NCBI GenBank assembly: GCA_964515545.1
Contig: CAZERI010000001.1
Span: 2,803 to 66,802 of the forward strand
Direction of reading: 5' to 3'
Length of the DNA: 64,000 nucleotides
Source: an uncultured Gammaproteobacteria bacterium
Lineage (GTDB): Bacteria; Patescibacteriota; Microgenomatia; Levybacterales; UBA12049
In this document: positions 19,407-29,500 of the stretch, piece by piece
Position numbering within the stretch: the stretch's first letter is position 1
How the letters are laid out: every line of letters starts with the position of its first letter
Notes under the pieces: generated by a model
The model's input: only the letters and a program-made list of their open reading frames with translations
What the model was told of the DNA's origin: nothing
The model's database searches: none
Program-made: the position numbers and the translations under genes

Positions 19407-19447
19407 AAATAGATAATTCTTAACTCTAAATTTTGAATTATCTATTT
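19407..19447 (-). promoter_or_regulatory. perfect 13-bp inverted repeat upstream of nrdR-nrdJ (operator candidate, possibly an NrdR box pair)
   Basis: AAATAGATAATTC (19407-19419) ... 15 nt ... GAATTATCTATTT (19435-19447), AT-rich, immediately 5' of the nrdR start. Confidence 0.4.
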
Positions 19448-19588
19448 AGTGTCCTAAAAGACTATATGGCTCTACCAGTATCTCTGTCAATAGAAAAAAA
19501 TACATAAAACTGCATCTAGGAAATTTCTCGGGAAACAATAGCTTCAACGCTGTAAAAACTCTTACAAATCTTTTCACAGAGGCAGAAA

Positions 19589-20137
19589 TCAATTTTTCAC
19601 CTGGACGATCTGGAGTTGATACGATTGCATACGCGCTTTAAGGCGGGAGAGTTCTTCCCGCTGATCGGGAAGAACCTTTTGAAGGTTTGTCATAAGTAAG
19701 ATATGTTTGGCAGCTGCTCGATCTAATTCATGAAGAAAATTCCCTACATCTCGTCCTTCTTTCTGGAGAGCTGAAGCATCTGTTACCGCATCGTGATAGT
19801 AGTTTTCTCCCTTTTCGATAGTGATCACTGCCAGCTTTCCATTCTTCTTATCTTCATTAACAAGAAAAATAGCTGCTTCAATTCGCTTGTCAGCTTGAAG
19901 AAGGTTAAATTGAGCTTTTTTATAGGGATCAGTTATAAGAAGTAAAATAATTTTGTCCCGCAGCATCTTTATCGGATAGAGAGGATTATTAGGAAGAATG
20001 CCAGGATATGGAAGCGGATAGTCAGAAACAGGAGCGGGAGATGGGATAATCGGGACTGTACCATCTTCCTGTGCCAAACTTTTGCCGGGAAGAAGAAATA
20101 TACTAAGTACTATAACACAAAGAAACCAGTACTTCAT
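19589..20137 (-). CDS. secreted hypothetical protein (signal peptide; DUF5667-like LPxxPLYPxK motif)
   Basis: MKYWFLCVIVLSIFLLPGKSLA signal peptide, then ILPNNPLYPIKMLRDK. Confidence 0.55.
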   Translation of the reverse strand: MKYWFLCVIVLSIFLLPGKSLAQEDGTVPIIPSPAPVSDYPLPYPGILPNNPLYPIKMLRDKIILLLITDPYKKAQFNLLQADKRIEAAIFLVNEDKKNGKLAVITIEKGENYYHDAVTDASALQKEGRDVGNFLHELDRAAAKHILLMTNLQKVLPDQREELSRLKARMQSYQLQIVQVKN

Positions 20138-20180
20138 TTCTCCGAAATCATAGTTGATATTGATGCCTAATGCAAGAGAT

Positions 20181-20777
20181 CTACTTCTTTATCCCTAGAT
20201 GTTCCAAAACCATAGCTAATGCTTCATCCTGATTATGGAAGTAAGTATTAATCACCAGATCATAGTAACTTTTATCGTAATATACCCAATGTGGATCGCC
20301 ATTCGCATATAACTTTCGCCATTTTTCAAGATCATTTATCTCTCTTTTAATTACTTCCTCCTTTGCTTCCTGAATCGAAGCACCTTCCCTATTAACCAGA
20401 CGATCTATACGGATAGATGTCTGATCCACTCCATTTTTATCTTCACAAACTACTAAAATCTTACAGATGTTATCAATCCCTTGAGCATTAAACCCTGCTA
20501 ATTTTGTCTCAACAACCACGTGCTCATCTTCTTGCAGAATCTTTTTTAATTGACGATCAAAAAGGACATCCTCCTCATCCGGGCGTAAATCAGTATCTTT
20601 AGGATCAAGCCCCATTCTTTTTCGGACTGCTTCCCAAAAAATCTCTCCACCTTCTAAGTGTCGCCAGTGGAGCTGATGGGCTAACTTCTTAGCTAGCGTA
20701 GTTGAACCTGAGGCAATTCTGCCAGACAAAGTGACGAGTCTGTAATGGGGAATATCTATCGCATTTCCTGTATTCAT
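20181..20777 (-). CDS. cytidylate kinase-like P-loop NMP kinase family protein
   Basis: LSGRIASGSTTLAKKLAHQLHWRHLEGGEIFWEAV resembles the Cmk N-terminus (GxxGxGKST-like; LxWxxLDSGxIYR). Confidence 0.5.
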   Translation of the reverse strand: MNTGNAIDIPHYRLVTLSGRIASGSTTLAKKLAHQLHWRHLEGGEIFWEAVRKRMGLDPKDTDLRPDEEDVLFDRQLKKILQEDEHVVVETKLAGFNAQGIDNICKILVVCEDKNGVDQTSIRIDRLVNREGASIQEAKEEVIKREINDLEKWRKLYANGDPHWVYYDKSYYDLVINTYFHNQDEALAMVLEHLGIKK

Positions 20778-20795
20778 AGGCTAAAGTATAGCAGA

Positions 20796-21833
20796 TTAGA
20801 CACCTATCATGCGCACTTCTTCAATAAGCCGATTTGCATACCCATATTCATTGTCATACCAGGCAATAACCTTCGCCAATGTCCCACCTACCACTTGAGT
20901 TAAGGACAGATCAATGATACTAGAGTGAGGATTGCCGATAATATCACTTGAGACTAATGGGTCTTCAGTGACTGCCATAATTCCTTTCCACACTGGAGTC
21001 TGGGCTTCGTGCCTGAAGATAGTATTAATTTCCTCTTTACTGGTTGCTTTGCTCAAAACAAAAGTACAATCAGCTAACGAACCGACTGGCACAGGGATCC
21101 GCAAAGAAAGTCCTAAAAATTTTCCTTCAAGTTCTGGAACTGCCTTAGCAGCTGCATCCGTAGCACCGGTTGAGGTGGGAATAATATTGATCCCAGCTGC
21201 TCGTGCCCTTCTATAATCTTTATGACCGCCATCCTGAAGTCTTTGGTCTGAAGTATAGCCATGAACAGTAGTCATCATTGCTTTTTCGACACCGAAATGA
21301 TCCTGCATAATTTTGGCAACAGGTGCAATGCAGTTAGTCGTACAAGAAGCATTACTCACTGTCTTCTGTCCAGAAAATGTAGTGTTGTTAACGCCTAGAA
21401 CTATCGTTGAGGTACCTTCTCCTTTGGCAGGGGCTGACAAAACGACTGCTTTTGCTCCAGCTGTAAGATGTTTTTGTAGATCTTCCTGGGTTTTGAAATG
21501 GCCTGTAGACTCAATAACGACATCTACTCCTACCTCGCCCCAGGGAAGCTTAGTAGGATCTTTCTGTGAATAGATAGGTATTCTTTTATCAGCTATTACC
21601 AATCTCCCTAGGAGATCTTCGGGGTCTTGAGGCAGTTTCTCCTCTATTTCTAAAGGCAGCAACAAGGGACCATAGACTGAATCATACTGCAGCAGGTACT
21701 TCCATCCCTTCAAGTCTGTTGAAGAACCAGCGTTAATTGCTACCACTTCTAAAGCATCTGTATGCTTTTGCAAAATCACCCGATGGGCAACTCTCCCTAT
21801 CCTTCCATACCCATTGATAGCAACACGGATCAT
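20796..21833 (-). CDS. gap: glyceraldehyde-3-phosphate dehydrogenase, type I
   Basis: MIRVAINGYGRIGR Rossmann start. Catalytic SCTTNCIAP. WYDNEYGY near the C-terminus. Confidence 0.95.
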   Translation of the reverse strand: MIRVAINGYGRIGRVAHRVILQKHTDALEVVAINAGSSTDLKGWKYLLQYDSVYGPLLLPLEIEEKLPQDPEDLLGRLVIADKRIPIYSQKDPTKLPWGEVGVDVVIESTGHFKTQEDLQKHLTAGAKAVVLSAPAKGEGTSTIVLGVNNTTFSGQKTVSNASCTTNCIAPVAKIMQDHFGVEKAMMTTVHGYTSDQRLQDGGHKDYRRARAAGINIIPTSTGATDAAAKAVPELEGKFLGLSLRIPVPVGSLADCTFVLSKATSKEEINTIFRHEAQTPVWKGIMAVTEDPLVSSDIIGNPHSSIIDLSLTQVVGGTLAKVIAWYDNEYGYANRLIEEVRMIGV

Positions 21834-21947
21834 ATTCCTAGTATAGCAAAGACCTGATCTTCTCGTGCAAGCCTTATTCTAGTTGACGCACTTTGTAAAA
21901 TCAGCGTATTATGGAAACAGGCTGTCTTTTCAAAGACAGATATTGCT

Positions 21948-22847
21948 GTGAATAAAAAACTAATCATCTCACTTCTCATAGTTCTTCTGCTTGTTATGGG
22001 AGTTTTTGTAGGAGTGTTTCTCTCTCAGCAAAATCAAGATATTCAGCAGCATGCCTCTACTGACACGTCATTAGTAGCAACTGTGGATAATGCACCCGTA
22101 ACCGAACAGGAAATAAAAACCGCCACACGTGAACAATATAATGATAAGGCAATTAATCAAGAAACACTCTCTGATACTCTTGATACTGTTATAGAAAATA
22201 AATTGATTGCTTCTGAGGCAAAGAAAAAAGGCATATCAGTATCAGAACAAGAAGTAGCAGAACGCGCTAAGGTTCTGGGTGGCACTGCCTCAGGGCAAGC
22301 CAGTATTAAAAATCAAGCTCGTGCTGAGATCTTAAAAGAAAAAGTCAGTCAGGTAGTAACTAAAACCCGTCAGGTAGAGTCAGTAGGGTTTTGGTTACCG
22401 CCAGCTAATTATGGGGCACCCCTTACTGCAGCTGAAGCCCAAACGGTAGCATCACAAAAGGCTCAAAAGACTGCAGTCCTCACAGAAATAAAACAAAAAT
22501 TCGATGCTAATAAAGACCCTCTCGCTATAGCTCAGGAGATTCAGAAGAAGTATCCCCTCTTTGCTCCCATCATTGCTGTCAATGGTTATGTTGTCTCCAA
22601 AACTCCAGACACTACCCTTATGACACAGCCAAAGCTCTATACCTATCAGGATGATTTTAAAACCAATACCTATCTCTCACAGATTTTTACTATGAATGAT
22701 GGCGAAGTAAACACTGTTTTAACAGACGCAAATGCTGGAGGAGTGGTCGTCAAAATAATAAATAGTAGTAATGGACAGTATGCAAGCTTTGAGGATTGGC
22801 TTGATAAAAATAAATCCTCCCGTACTAGAATAGTAAAACAACCATGA
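21948..22847 (+). CDS. secreted/membrane-anchored SurA-N-terminal-domain-like chaperone protein
   Basis: N-terminal TM/signal. SurA_N-like helical region (VATVDNAPVTEQEI...LDTVIENKLIASEAKKKGISVSEQEV). No clear PPIase domain. Confidence 0.5.
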   Translation: MNKKLIISLLIVLLLVMGVFVGVFLSQQNQDIQQHASTDTSLVATVDNAPVTEQEIKTATREQYNDKAINQETLSDTLDTVIENKLIASEAKKKGISVSEQEVAERAKVLGGTASGQASIKNQARAEILKEKVSQVVTKTRQVESVGFWLPPANYGAPLTAAEAQTVASQKAQKTAVLTEIKQKFDANKDPLAIAQEIQKKYPLFAPIIAVNGYVVSKTPDTTLMTQPKLYTYQDDFKTNTYLSQIFTMNDGEVNTVLTDANAGGVVVKIINSSNGQYASFEDWLDKNKSSRTRIVKQP

Positions 22848-23563
22848 AATATATAGCGCTTATACTAGTTTTTGTTTCACTCTTCTTTCCTACAACATCT
22901 GTAGATGCTGCCGGAAGTAATCCTTATTGTGTAGGAATGTCCGGAAAGTTTACTGCGACAAATTGGCCAGGTGGCTCAATCATGGTTGCCTGTGCAGGAG
23001 ATACTGGTACGGCTGGCTGTCGAGGAGAGATAGCTACGATTAAACCTGGAGAGTCGTTTGACTTTAATAATTGCACCTGCCCTCCTTATGCAAGTGAAAG
23101 TATTTTTGGAAAATCTGGATGTCTAGTCATCGGAAAAAATCTTAAGATAACCCAACTCAGCAATGGGAATCGTCCAGTACAAGGAGACACTTCTCTTCCT
23201 GAAGGATGTACCCTCAACAAGCCTCAACCAGTTGCGTGTGGAGTAAATGGAGATGTTATCAATGCTCCATTTAGCATCACCTGTACAGCACCTTCGCCGA
23301 CACCTACTCCAAGCCCAACTCCAACACCCACCAGTACTCCTACGCCTACCCCAAGCCCGACCCCAACACCATCGCCAACTTTAACGCCAACACCTACTCC
23401 TACACCATCTTCCTGCCCAATACCAGGAGTCGTCCCTAATATCCATATCACTTGCCCTAACTGCACAGCTGCAGATGCAACTCCAACACCCACCAGTACT
23501 CCTACACCTACTCCACTCATTGTCTCTCCTACAATAACCGTAGTTCCAACCCTGACGCCATGA
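22844..23563 (+). CDS. secreted Cys-rich protein with Pro/Thr-rich repeat tail
   Basis: Signal peptide, 14 Cys, and a (TPTPSP)n low-complexity tail. Start overlaps the upstream stop (coupled). Confidence 0.6.
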   Translation: MKYIALILVFVSLFFPTTSVDAAGSNPYCVGMSGKFTATNWPGGSIMVACAGDTGTAGCRGEIATIKPGESFDFNNCTCPPYASESIFGKSGCLVIGKNLKITQLSNGNRPVQGDTSLPEGCTLNKPQPVACGVNGDVINAPFSITCTAPSPTPTPSPTPTPTSTPTPTPSPTPTPSPTLTPTPTPTPSSCPIPGVVPNIHITCPNCTAADATPTPTSTPTPTPLIVSPTITVVPTLTP

Positions 23564-23564
23564 T

Positions 23565-25022
23565 ATGAAAGCACATAAAAAAGTAATTATCGGCTTTATC
23601 ATCACTATCATCCTTCTTATCGGAGCATTTGTCGCGTACTATCTCTCTCAAAAGCCACAGGAAGTTCGTCAGCACGCTGCCGAAAAACCATTTGGTAAGG
23701 CTGCAGTCTTTTCAGCAACTAACTCTGCTACTGAACCTGTAACAACAGTTAATACCGTGACTCATGACAAGGATTTCACTCTTGAATTTTGGGTCAACCC
23801 AACAGGAGTTCGTGGTCCTGATGGGAATAATTTCATGCCTTTTGTGGAGACAGCTACGCCACATAATTCTTCTAGCTGTGTCGATCAATTTGTCATCGGT
23901 GGAGAACGGAATACAGAAACTAATACCTATTCTGTCCATGCGAGTACTTTCCCTCCAAGTGGTAGTAATGTTCTGCTTACTTCAGACTCCAGTCCAATCA
24001 GGTTGAACGAATGGGCCCATGTCGCTTTTAGCATTAATAATACGACCCATGTCGCCAAATTATTTGTTAATGGCAAACAAATGGACGCAGGAGCAATTCC
24101 TCAGACATTTTGTAGTGATCTCACGTATAGATTGGGCTATGACATAGCAGACGATGGCGATAATTCTCCTATAAACTATGTCGGACAGATGGATGAGATG
24201 AGGCTCTCAGACACTATTCGTTATGATTCTGATTTCACACCAAGTAATACACCCTTTCTCCCTGATTCTCAGACATTAGGTCTCTGGCACTTTGACGGTA
24301 ACCTCAACAATGAGTTTGATAATCAGCCAATGAATGATCCTACTAATGCGGTTACCTATACTGATTCTACCCTACCAGTGACTGCAACTCCTCCAGCTTG
24401 TCAAGCCAACATTTCAACCTGTTCCTGGGATGCAGTCGATACAGCAGTTTCCTACCACTATAAAATCACCCAAATAATAACTGATGATGATGCAATCCCT
24501 ACTCCAGGTGCAAATATCATTAAAGAAGGCGATATCCAGTCACCTGGAACTAGCGTCACATTTGTTTCAGAAGCAAATGCTACTTATACTTGTGAGGTAG
24601 CAGCAACAAATGCTTGCGGTACTGGAGAAAAAGCTTCAGCAACAGCAACTTGTGCTGTACCTACTGCTACTCCAACACCTACTCCTACCACTACTCCTAT
24701 TCCTTCTGCAACGCCTACCTCCAGTCCAACCCCAACACCCACCAGTACTCCTACACCAACGCCTGTTCCATCTGCTACTCCAACACCTACCAAACCTCCT
24801 GTTATTCCTACCTCTACAGTAGTCCCACCTACACCAACAACTGTCGTACCAACTGCAACTCCTGTGCCACCAACCGCAACAGCTGTGGTACCAACAAACA
24901 CAGTAGGGCCTAATACCCCAACGCCTACCTTACCAAGTCCTGGAAGTGCTGTTCAGACCCTCACCATTGCAGGAGGAATTATCTTTACTATTGTTGGAGC
25001 GTTAATCCTCTTTATTCTCTAG
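23565..25022 (+). CDS. surface protein with LamG/concanavalin-A-like lectin domain, PT-rich stalk and C-terminal TM anchor
   Basis: FTLEFWVNPTG ... WAHVAFSINNTTHVAKLFVNGKQ ... GQMDEMRLSDTIRY, typical of a LamG fold. Long PT repeat. C-terminal LTIAGGIIFTIVGALILFIL. Confidence 0.7.
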   Translation: MKAHKKVIIGFIITIILLIGAFVAYYLSQKPQEVRQHAAEKPFGKAAVFSATNSATEPVTTVNTVTHDKDFTLEFWVNPTGVRGPDGNNFMPFVETATPHNSSSCVDQFVIGGERNTETNTYSVHASTFPPSGSNVLLTSDSSPIRLNEWAHVAFSINNTTHVAKLFVNGKQMDAGAIPQTFCSDLTYRLGYDIADDGDNSPINYVGQMDEMRLSDTIRYDSDFTPSNTPFLPDSQTLGLWHFDGNLNNEFDNQPMNDPTNAVTYTDSTLPVTATPPACQANISTCSWDAVDTAVSYHYKITQIITDDDAIPTPGANIIKEGDIQSPGTSVTFVSEANATYTCEVAATNACGTGEKASATATCAVPTATPTPTPTTTPIPSATPTSSPTPTPTSTPTPTPVPSATPTPTKPPVIPTSTVVPPTPTTVVPTATPVPPTATAVVPTNTVGPNTPTPTLPSPGSAVQTLTIAGGIIFTIVGALILFIL

Positions 25023-25034
25023 AAGTGAAGCTAC

Positions 25035-26102
25035 CTAATTCGTAAATTCCTGTACATACATCTTGCCATAAATTCCACCATCAATAACTCCGATTCCTAC
25101 TTTTTTGTAATCAGGAGAAAGAATATTTGCTCTATGCCCGGGACTATTCATCAGGCCTTGATGGGCAAGCTCAGTACTGGGAGCTAATGCTAAATTTTCT
25201 CCTGCATGGGTATAGGTAATACCTGATTCATTCATTCGATCAAAAGGTGATTTACCATCAGGTGTGTAGTGGGAAAAATATCCCTCTGCAAACATCTTTG
25301 ATGCATAGGATCTTGCCAAAATAAGAAGTGAGGCATCTGCTTTAACCGGAGACAATCCTCGAATGGTACGCTCATGATTGACTAAATTAAACATCTGCAC
25401 TTCCGCTGGCTCATCAAAGCTTGCCTGAGTAACTGTAAAATGAAGTGCAATACTTTCCCCACTCTCAGGCTTTACCGTCATTACATTGAGAGTGTCATTA
25501 ATAGCCCCACCAAAAACACTTTGGAGAGAATGCTGTACGCTGACAGTATGTGAAACAAGGGTCTCACCAAGCTTGGAATTAGTTACCAGCTGCTTAAGAG
25601 CAGGCGAAGAAGGCAAAGCAATAACAATAGTGAGCAGGAATGAGAGAATTACATAACTCGAAGCAAGCCCTGGGAGGATTCCTAAGGGATGGTTAAGAGA
25701 CGAAAGGAGGCGAGAAAGAGGATTTTTCTTGGGAAACTCAGGTAATCTATTTATGATTTTTCTCGACAGAAAAACCAGTAGTATCTCACTTAAAAAGGCT
25801 ACCAGAAAAAAGGCAATGGCATTTGCAAAACCTTGAGGAAGTGCAAAAAGACTCACAAGTCCAGCACTTACCTGAGAGAAAAAAATGAGCCCAAGGAGGA
25901 ATGAAAGGATAAAGCAGATAAAGTCGAGTCCTGCAAACCATATTCCAAGCATATATCCTTCATACGAATAAAAAAGTATAACTCCAATGATAAAAACATC
26001 TAAAATATTAATGCCTGCATAACTTACGGAGAGAATACTAATAAAAAATGAAATTATATTACTAAAATACGACATAAGGAGACTGCTACTTATTATAAGC
26101 AT
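25035..26102 (-). CDS. CvpA-family membrane protein fused to C-terminal CAP/SCP (YkwD-like) domain
   Basis: N-terminal 4-TM CvpA-like region. The C-terminus GENLA...MNSPGHRANILSPDYKKVGIGV matches CAP-domain motifs. Confidence 0.7.
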   Translation of the reverse strand: MLIISSSLLMSYFSNIISFFISILSVSYAGINILDVFIIGVILFYSYEGYMLGIWFAGLDFICFILSFLLGLIFFSQVSAGLVSLFALPQGFANAIAFFLVAFLSEILLVFLSRKIINRLPEFPKKNPLSRLLSSLNHPLGILPGLASSYVILSFLLTIVIALPSSPALKQLVTNSKLGETLVSHTVSVQHSLQSVFGGAINDTLNVMTVKPESGESIALHFTVTQASFDEPAEVQMFNLVNHERTIRGLSPVKADASLLILARSYASKMFAEGYFSHYTPDGKSPFDRMNESGITYTHAGENLALAPSTELAHQGLMNSPGHRANILSPDYKKVGIGVIDGGIYGKMYVQEFTN

Positions 26103-26176
26103 TCTATTTCCCTCCTGCTAGAGCGGATCTTGAGTAATTATTTGTGACTCACTCCCCTTGATGCTATTATTAACAA

Positions 26177-28336
26177 ATGACAAAAATAACAAAGATCAAA
26201 AAAATCGTACCTAAAAAACGCTGGAAAGTACTCTTTTTTCTTGTTCCTGTCCTGCTTCTTGCTCTTTTTCTTTATTTCTTTATTTTTCGAGATCTCCCTT
26301 CCCCCACGCGCTTAAGCAGCACCTCACTTCCGCAATCCACTAAGATCTATGATCGAAATGGGATACTCCTCTATACTATATATTCTGATAAAAATCAGTC
26401 TTTTGTTCCGCTAACTAAAATTCCCCAGACACTTCAGCATGCAACAATAGCAATTGAGGATAAGGATTTTTACAAACATGGCCCTGTAGATATTAGAGGT
26501 ATTCTGAGAGCAGCATATGCCACACTTTTTAAAAAGCAACTCCAAGGAGGCTCTACACTCACCCAACAGTTAGTTAAAACAAGTCTTCTTACTCCTGAAA
26601 GGACACTCCAACGTAAGGCGAAAGAACTTTTTGAATCCATTGCCACTGAACTTATCTATCCAAAAAATAAAATCTTGGAAATGTATCTGAATCAGGTTCC
26701 CTACGGCGGAACTGCGTATGGCGTTGACGCTGCATCACAAACCTATTTTGGTAAAAGCGCTGCCCAACTCACGCTACCTGAGGCAGCGCTCCTGGCAGGT
26801 CTTCCTGAATCTCCTACCACCTTCTCGCCTTTTGGATCACATCCCGAGTTGGCAAAAAAACGTCAGCTTGACGTCCTTGCTGCTATGTATAGTGAGGGCT
26901 ATATTACTAAAACAGAATATGAAAAGGCCAAAACTTCCCCTCTTATCTATAAAAAGATCAGCAATCCTATCCTTGCCCCTCATTTCGTCCTGTATGTTAA
27001 AGATTTACTAGTTAAGAAATATGGTTCAAAGACTGTGGAACAAGGAGGATTAAATGTTACTACCAGCCTTGACTTAAATCTCCAGAACTTTACCCAGGAT
27101 ACTGTAGCCAGTGAAGTTGCTAAATTAGATAATTATCACGTAGGCAATGGCGCTGCTCTTATCACCAACCCGGGAACCGGAGAAATATTAGCTATGGTAG
27201 GGAGCAAAAATTACTTTGATGAGGCCTCTGATGGGAATGTAAATGTCACCCTAGCTCTACGTCAGCCTGGATCCTCCATTAAACCAATTAATTACGCCGT
27301 AGGACTTATTAAAGGGTATACGGCAGCTACTCCTTTTATTGATAAAGCGACCTGTTATCCCAATCCAGGAGGAAGTCCTTATTGTCCTAAAAATTATGAT
27401 GGCAAGTTCCATGGTGTTGTTCAGATGCGTTATGCTCTCGGCAACTCGATTAATACCTCTGCTGTTCAGATGTTAAAACTGAATGGAATTGAGGCCATGA
27501 TTGCAACAGCGAGTGCTATGGGTATTACTGAATATGAAAAAGATCCCTCACGATATGGCTTATCATTGACATTAGGAGGAGGCGAAGTAACCATGCTTGA
27601 AATGGCAACTGCTTATGGAGTCTTTGCGAATAGCGGTTATCGGATAGACCTCCACCCAATCTTAAAAGTAACAGATAATCATGGCAGGACACTTGAGCAA
27701 TACTCTCCACCAACAAGTCCTATCTTTGGTAAACGTGTTCTCCCTTCGGGTGTCTCTTTCATCATTTCTAGTATCCTCTCTGATAATGGAGCCCGTCTTC
27801 TTGAGTTTGGACCTTCATCTGAACTGAAAATTGGTAAAAATCTACCAGTATCAGTCAAAACAGGAACTACTAATGATTTTCGGGACAACTGGACAATTGG
27901 GTATACCCCATCAGTCGTTGTCGCCACATGGGTGGGTAATAATGATAATACGCCTATGAGTAACATTGTCTCTGGTGTCACAGGAGCAGCCCCTATCTGG
28001 CATACATTAATGACTCATGTTCTAGGCGACAAGCCTCTCGAAACACCCGTTAAGCCTAGTAATGTAGTAGGCATGAATGTCTGTTCTACATCAGGACTTT
28101 TACCTCCTTCACCTGATAAAGGTAGCTGCCCCACCCGTTTTGAATACTTTATAAAAGGAACACAGCCTAGAAGATCTGATGCTGGACTTCAGAAGGTCTT
28201 TATTGATAAAACAACAAATGATTTAGCCAAACCTGGCCAGACAGAAAATGTTGAAGAACGTGAAGAAGTTATCATTACTGATGCGCTCAACAATCGCTAC
28301 TGTGTCACCTGCTCTCACCCTACTCCAACACCTTGA
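26177..28336 (+). CDS. class A penicillin-binding protein (bifunctional glycosyltransferase/transpeptidase, PBP1)
   Basis: GT51 motifs AIEDKDFYKHGPVD and GGSTLTQQL. Transpeptidase SSIKP (SxxK), SIN (SxN), KTGTT (KTG). Confidence 0.9.
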   Translation: MTKITKIKKIVPKKRWKVLFFLVPVLLLALFLYFFIFRDLPSPTRLSSTSLPQSTKIYDRNGILLYTIYSDKNQSFVPLTKIPQTLQHATIAIEDKDFYKHGPVDIRGILRAAYATLFKKQLQGGSTLTQQLVKTSLLTPERTLQRKAKELFESIATELIYPKNKILEMYLNQVPYGGTAYGVDAASQTYFGKSAAQLTLPEAALLAGLPESPTTFSPFGSHPELAKKRQLDVLAAMYSEGYITKTEYEKAKTSPLIYKKISNPILAPHFVLYVKDLLVKKYGSKTVEQGGLNVTTSLDLNLQNFTQDTVASEVAKLDNYHVGNGAALITNPGTGEILAMVGSKNYFDEASDGNVNVTLALRQPGSSIKPINYAVGLIKGYTAATPFIDKATCYPNPGGSPYCPKNYDGKFHGVVQMRYALGNSINTSAVQMLKLNGIEAMIATASAMGITEYEKDPSRYGLSLTLGGGEVTMLEMATAYGVFANSGYRIDLHPILKVTDNHGRTLEQYSPPTSPIFGKRVLPSGVSFIISSILSDNGARLLEFGPSSELKIGKNLPVSVKTGTTNDFRDNWTIGYTPSVVVATWVGNNDNTPMSNIVSGVTGAAPIWHTLMTHVLGDKPLETPVKPSNVVGMNVCSTSGLLPPSPDKGSCPTRFEYFIKGTQPRRSDAGLQKVFIDKTTNDLAKPGQTENVEEREEVIITDALNNRYCVTCSHPTPTP

Positions 28337-28370
28337 CAGGCTATAGTGATTTAGCTTAGTATGAATACAC

Positions 28371-28973
28371 ATGCGAAACTCCCTTTTTGTATCTTTCTTC
28401 TCACTTTTTTTTATTGTTTCACCTTCTCTGGTGGCAGCTCAAACCCTGACCCCAACTACTCATCAACAAATCCAGACGTTAAAGAATGATTATCAACAAG
28501 CTAGATCAACTGCCCGCACTGCCTTTAAAGAAAAACTTACCCGCATTAAAGATACACGCAAACAAACAATTGTTGATAAAGTAGATACCCGTATACAGGA
28601 AATTAATACTAAGCGTACCACTCAGATGAGTGAAGCTCTTACTCGTTTAACTGCAATTCTTGATAAAGTAGAGACAAAAATAGCAACAGACACCCCTCAG
28701 CCTACCAAAGACATGATCACTGCTGCTCGAACAAAGATAGAAACCGCCCAGGCTTCGGTTGAAACTCAAAAAAATAAGGATTATGTCATTCAAATAACAA
28801 CTGATGCGACACTTGGCCAGGCAGTACGGGCAACACTTCAGACATTCTCTGCAGATATTAATGCAACTCATAAGACAGTCTCTGATGCACGTCTGGCTGT
28901 CATCGAAGCAATAAAAGCATTAGAGACAGCAACTATTTCTCCAACAACAACAGGAGAGGAGGATAACCTCTAA
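28371..28973 (+). CDS. secreted coiled-coil hypothetical protein
   Basis: Signal peptide ending VAAQT, then a heptad-rich sequence. Confidence 0.5.
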   Translation: MRNSLFVSFFSLFFIVSPSLVAAQTLTPTTHQQIQTLKNDYQQARSTARTAFKEKLTRIKDTRKQTIVDKVDTRIQEINTKRTTQMSEALTRLTAILDKVETKIATDTPQPTKDMITAARTKIETAQASVETQKNKDYVIQITTDATLGQAVRATLQTFSADINATHKTVSDARLAVIEAIKALETATISPTTTGEEDNL

Positions 28974-28975
28974 TT

Positions 28976-29395
28976 ATGGATCCTAATACTCAATCTCCAG
29001 CTCAACAGGTACCACCAGTTTCACCTCCAGTTACGGAGACGCCTCCTCCACCAGTTTCGCCGGAGGTAGCTTCGCCCATACAGTCTCCACCGCCTCCTCC
29101 CCAACCTCTTAATAAAGAGGCAAATAAAAAATCAGTAATTCTCATTAGTGGAATTATCATTCTTATTATTATTTTTGTTATTTTGAGTATTGTCCTCCTG
29201 ATGAGAAATGGTGCTTCTGCCCCTAAGGCTGCAACCCAGACACTCAACCAGACTCCTACCTCCATACCAACAGTAACACCACTTCCTTCTCCTGAAGCAA
29301 CTACTTCCAGTGATCTGGATGAGGCTACACAGGTAGATACCGGTGACCCAGCTACTGATATTACTGAGGTCCAACAGGAAGCAGCTCAGCTCTAA
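28976..29395 (+). CDS. Pro-rich single-pass membrane protein, hypothetical
   Basis: PPVSPPVTETPPPPVSP then TM ILISGIIILIIIFVILSIVLL. Coupled to the upstream gene (3-nt gap). Confidence 0.5.
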   Translation: MDPNTQSPAQQVPPVSPPVTETPPPPVSPEVASPIQSPPPPPQPLNKEANKKSVILISGIIILIIIFVILSIVLLMRNGASAPKAATQTLNQTPTSIPTVTPLPSPEATTSSDLDEATQVDTGDPATDITEVQQEAAQL

Positions 29396-29500
29396 TTTCC
29401 ACTTTTACTCCTTTTCAAGCTAAATATCCTTTAGTATAATCATGCGGACCCTGTCCTAAGCAAGAAATTTTGTCTTGATTTTTTGTCGTGACAAATTATT

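Noticed and set aside
23224-23611. Antisense and alternate-frame ORFs (23224..23574, 23381..23611) rich in GVGV or Cys/Arg
   Set aside because: They are the complement and frameshifts of the PT-repeat coding region (ACNCCNACN repeats) of genes 22844..23563 and 23565..25022. They are repeat-driven artefacts.
23288-24800. Short periodic Pro/Thr-coding repeats, checked as possible CRISPR-like or tandem DNA repeats
   Set aside because: They are in-frame low-complexity linkers in secreted proteins, imperfect and without spacer-repeat architecture. No CRISPR array is present anywhere in the window.
24584-24913. ORFs 24584..24901(-), 24610..24822(+), 24614..24913(+) with GVGV, LLLL or YSY repeats
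   Set aside because: Same cause: low-complexity PT-repeat DNA inside the LamG surface protein gene. The real frame is the 485-aa +strand ORF.
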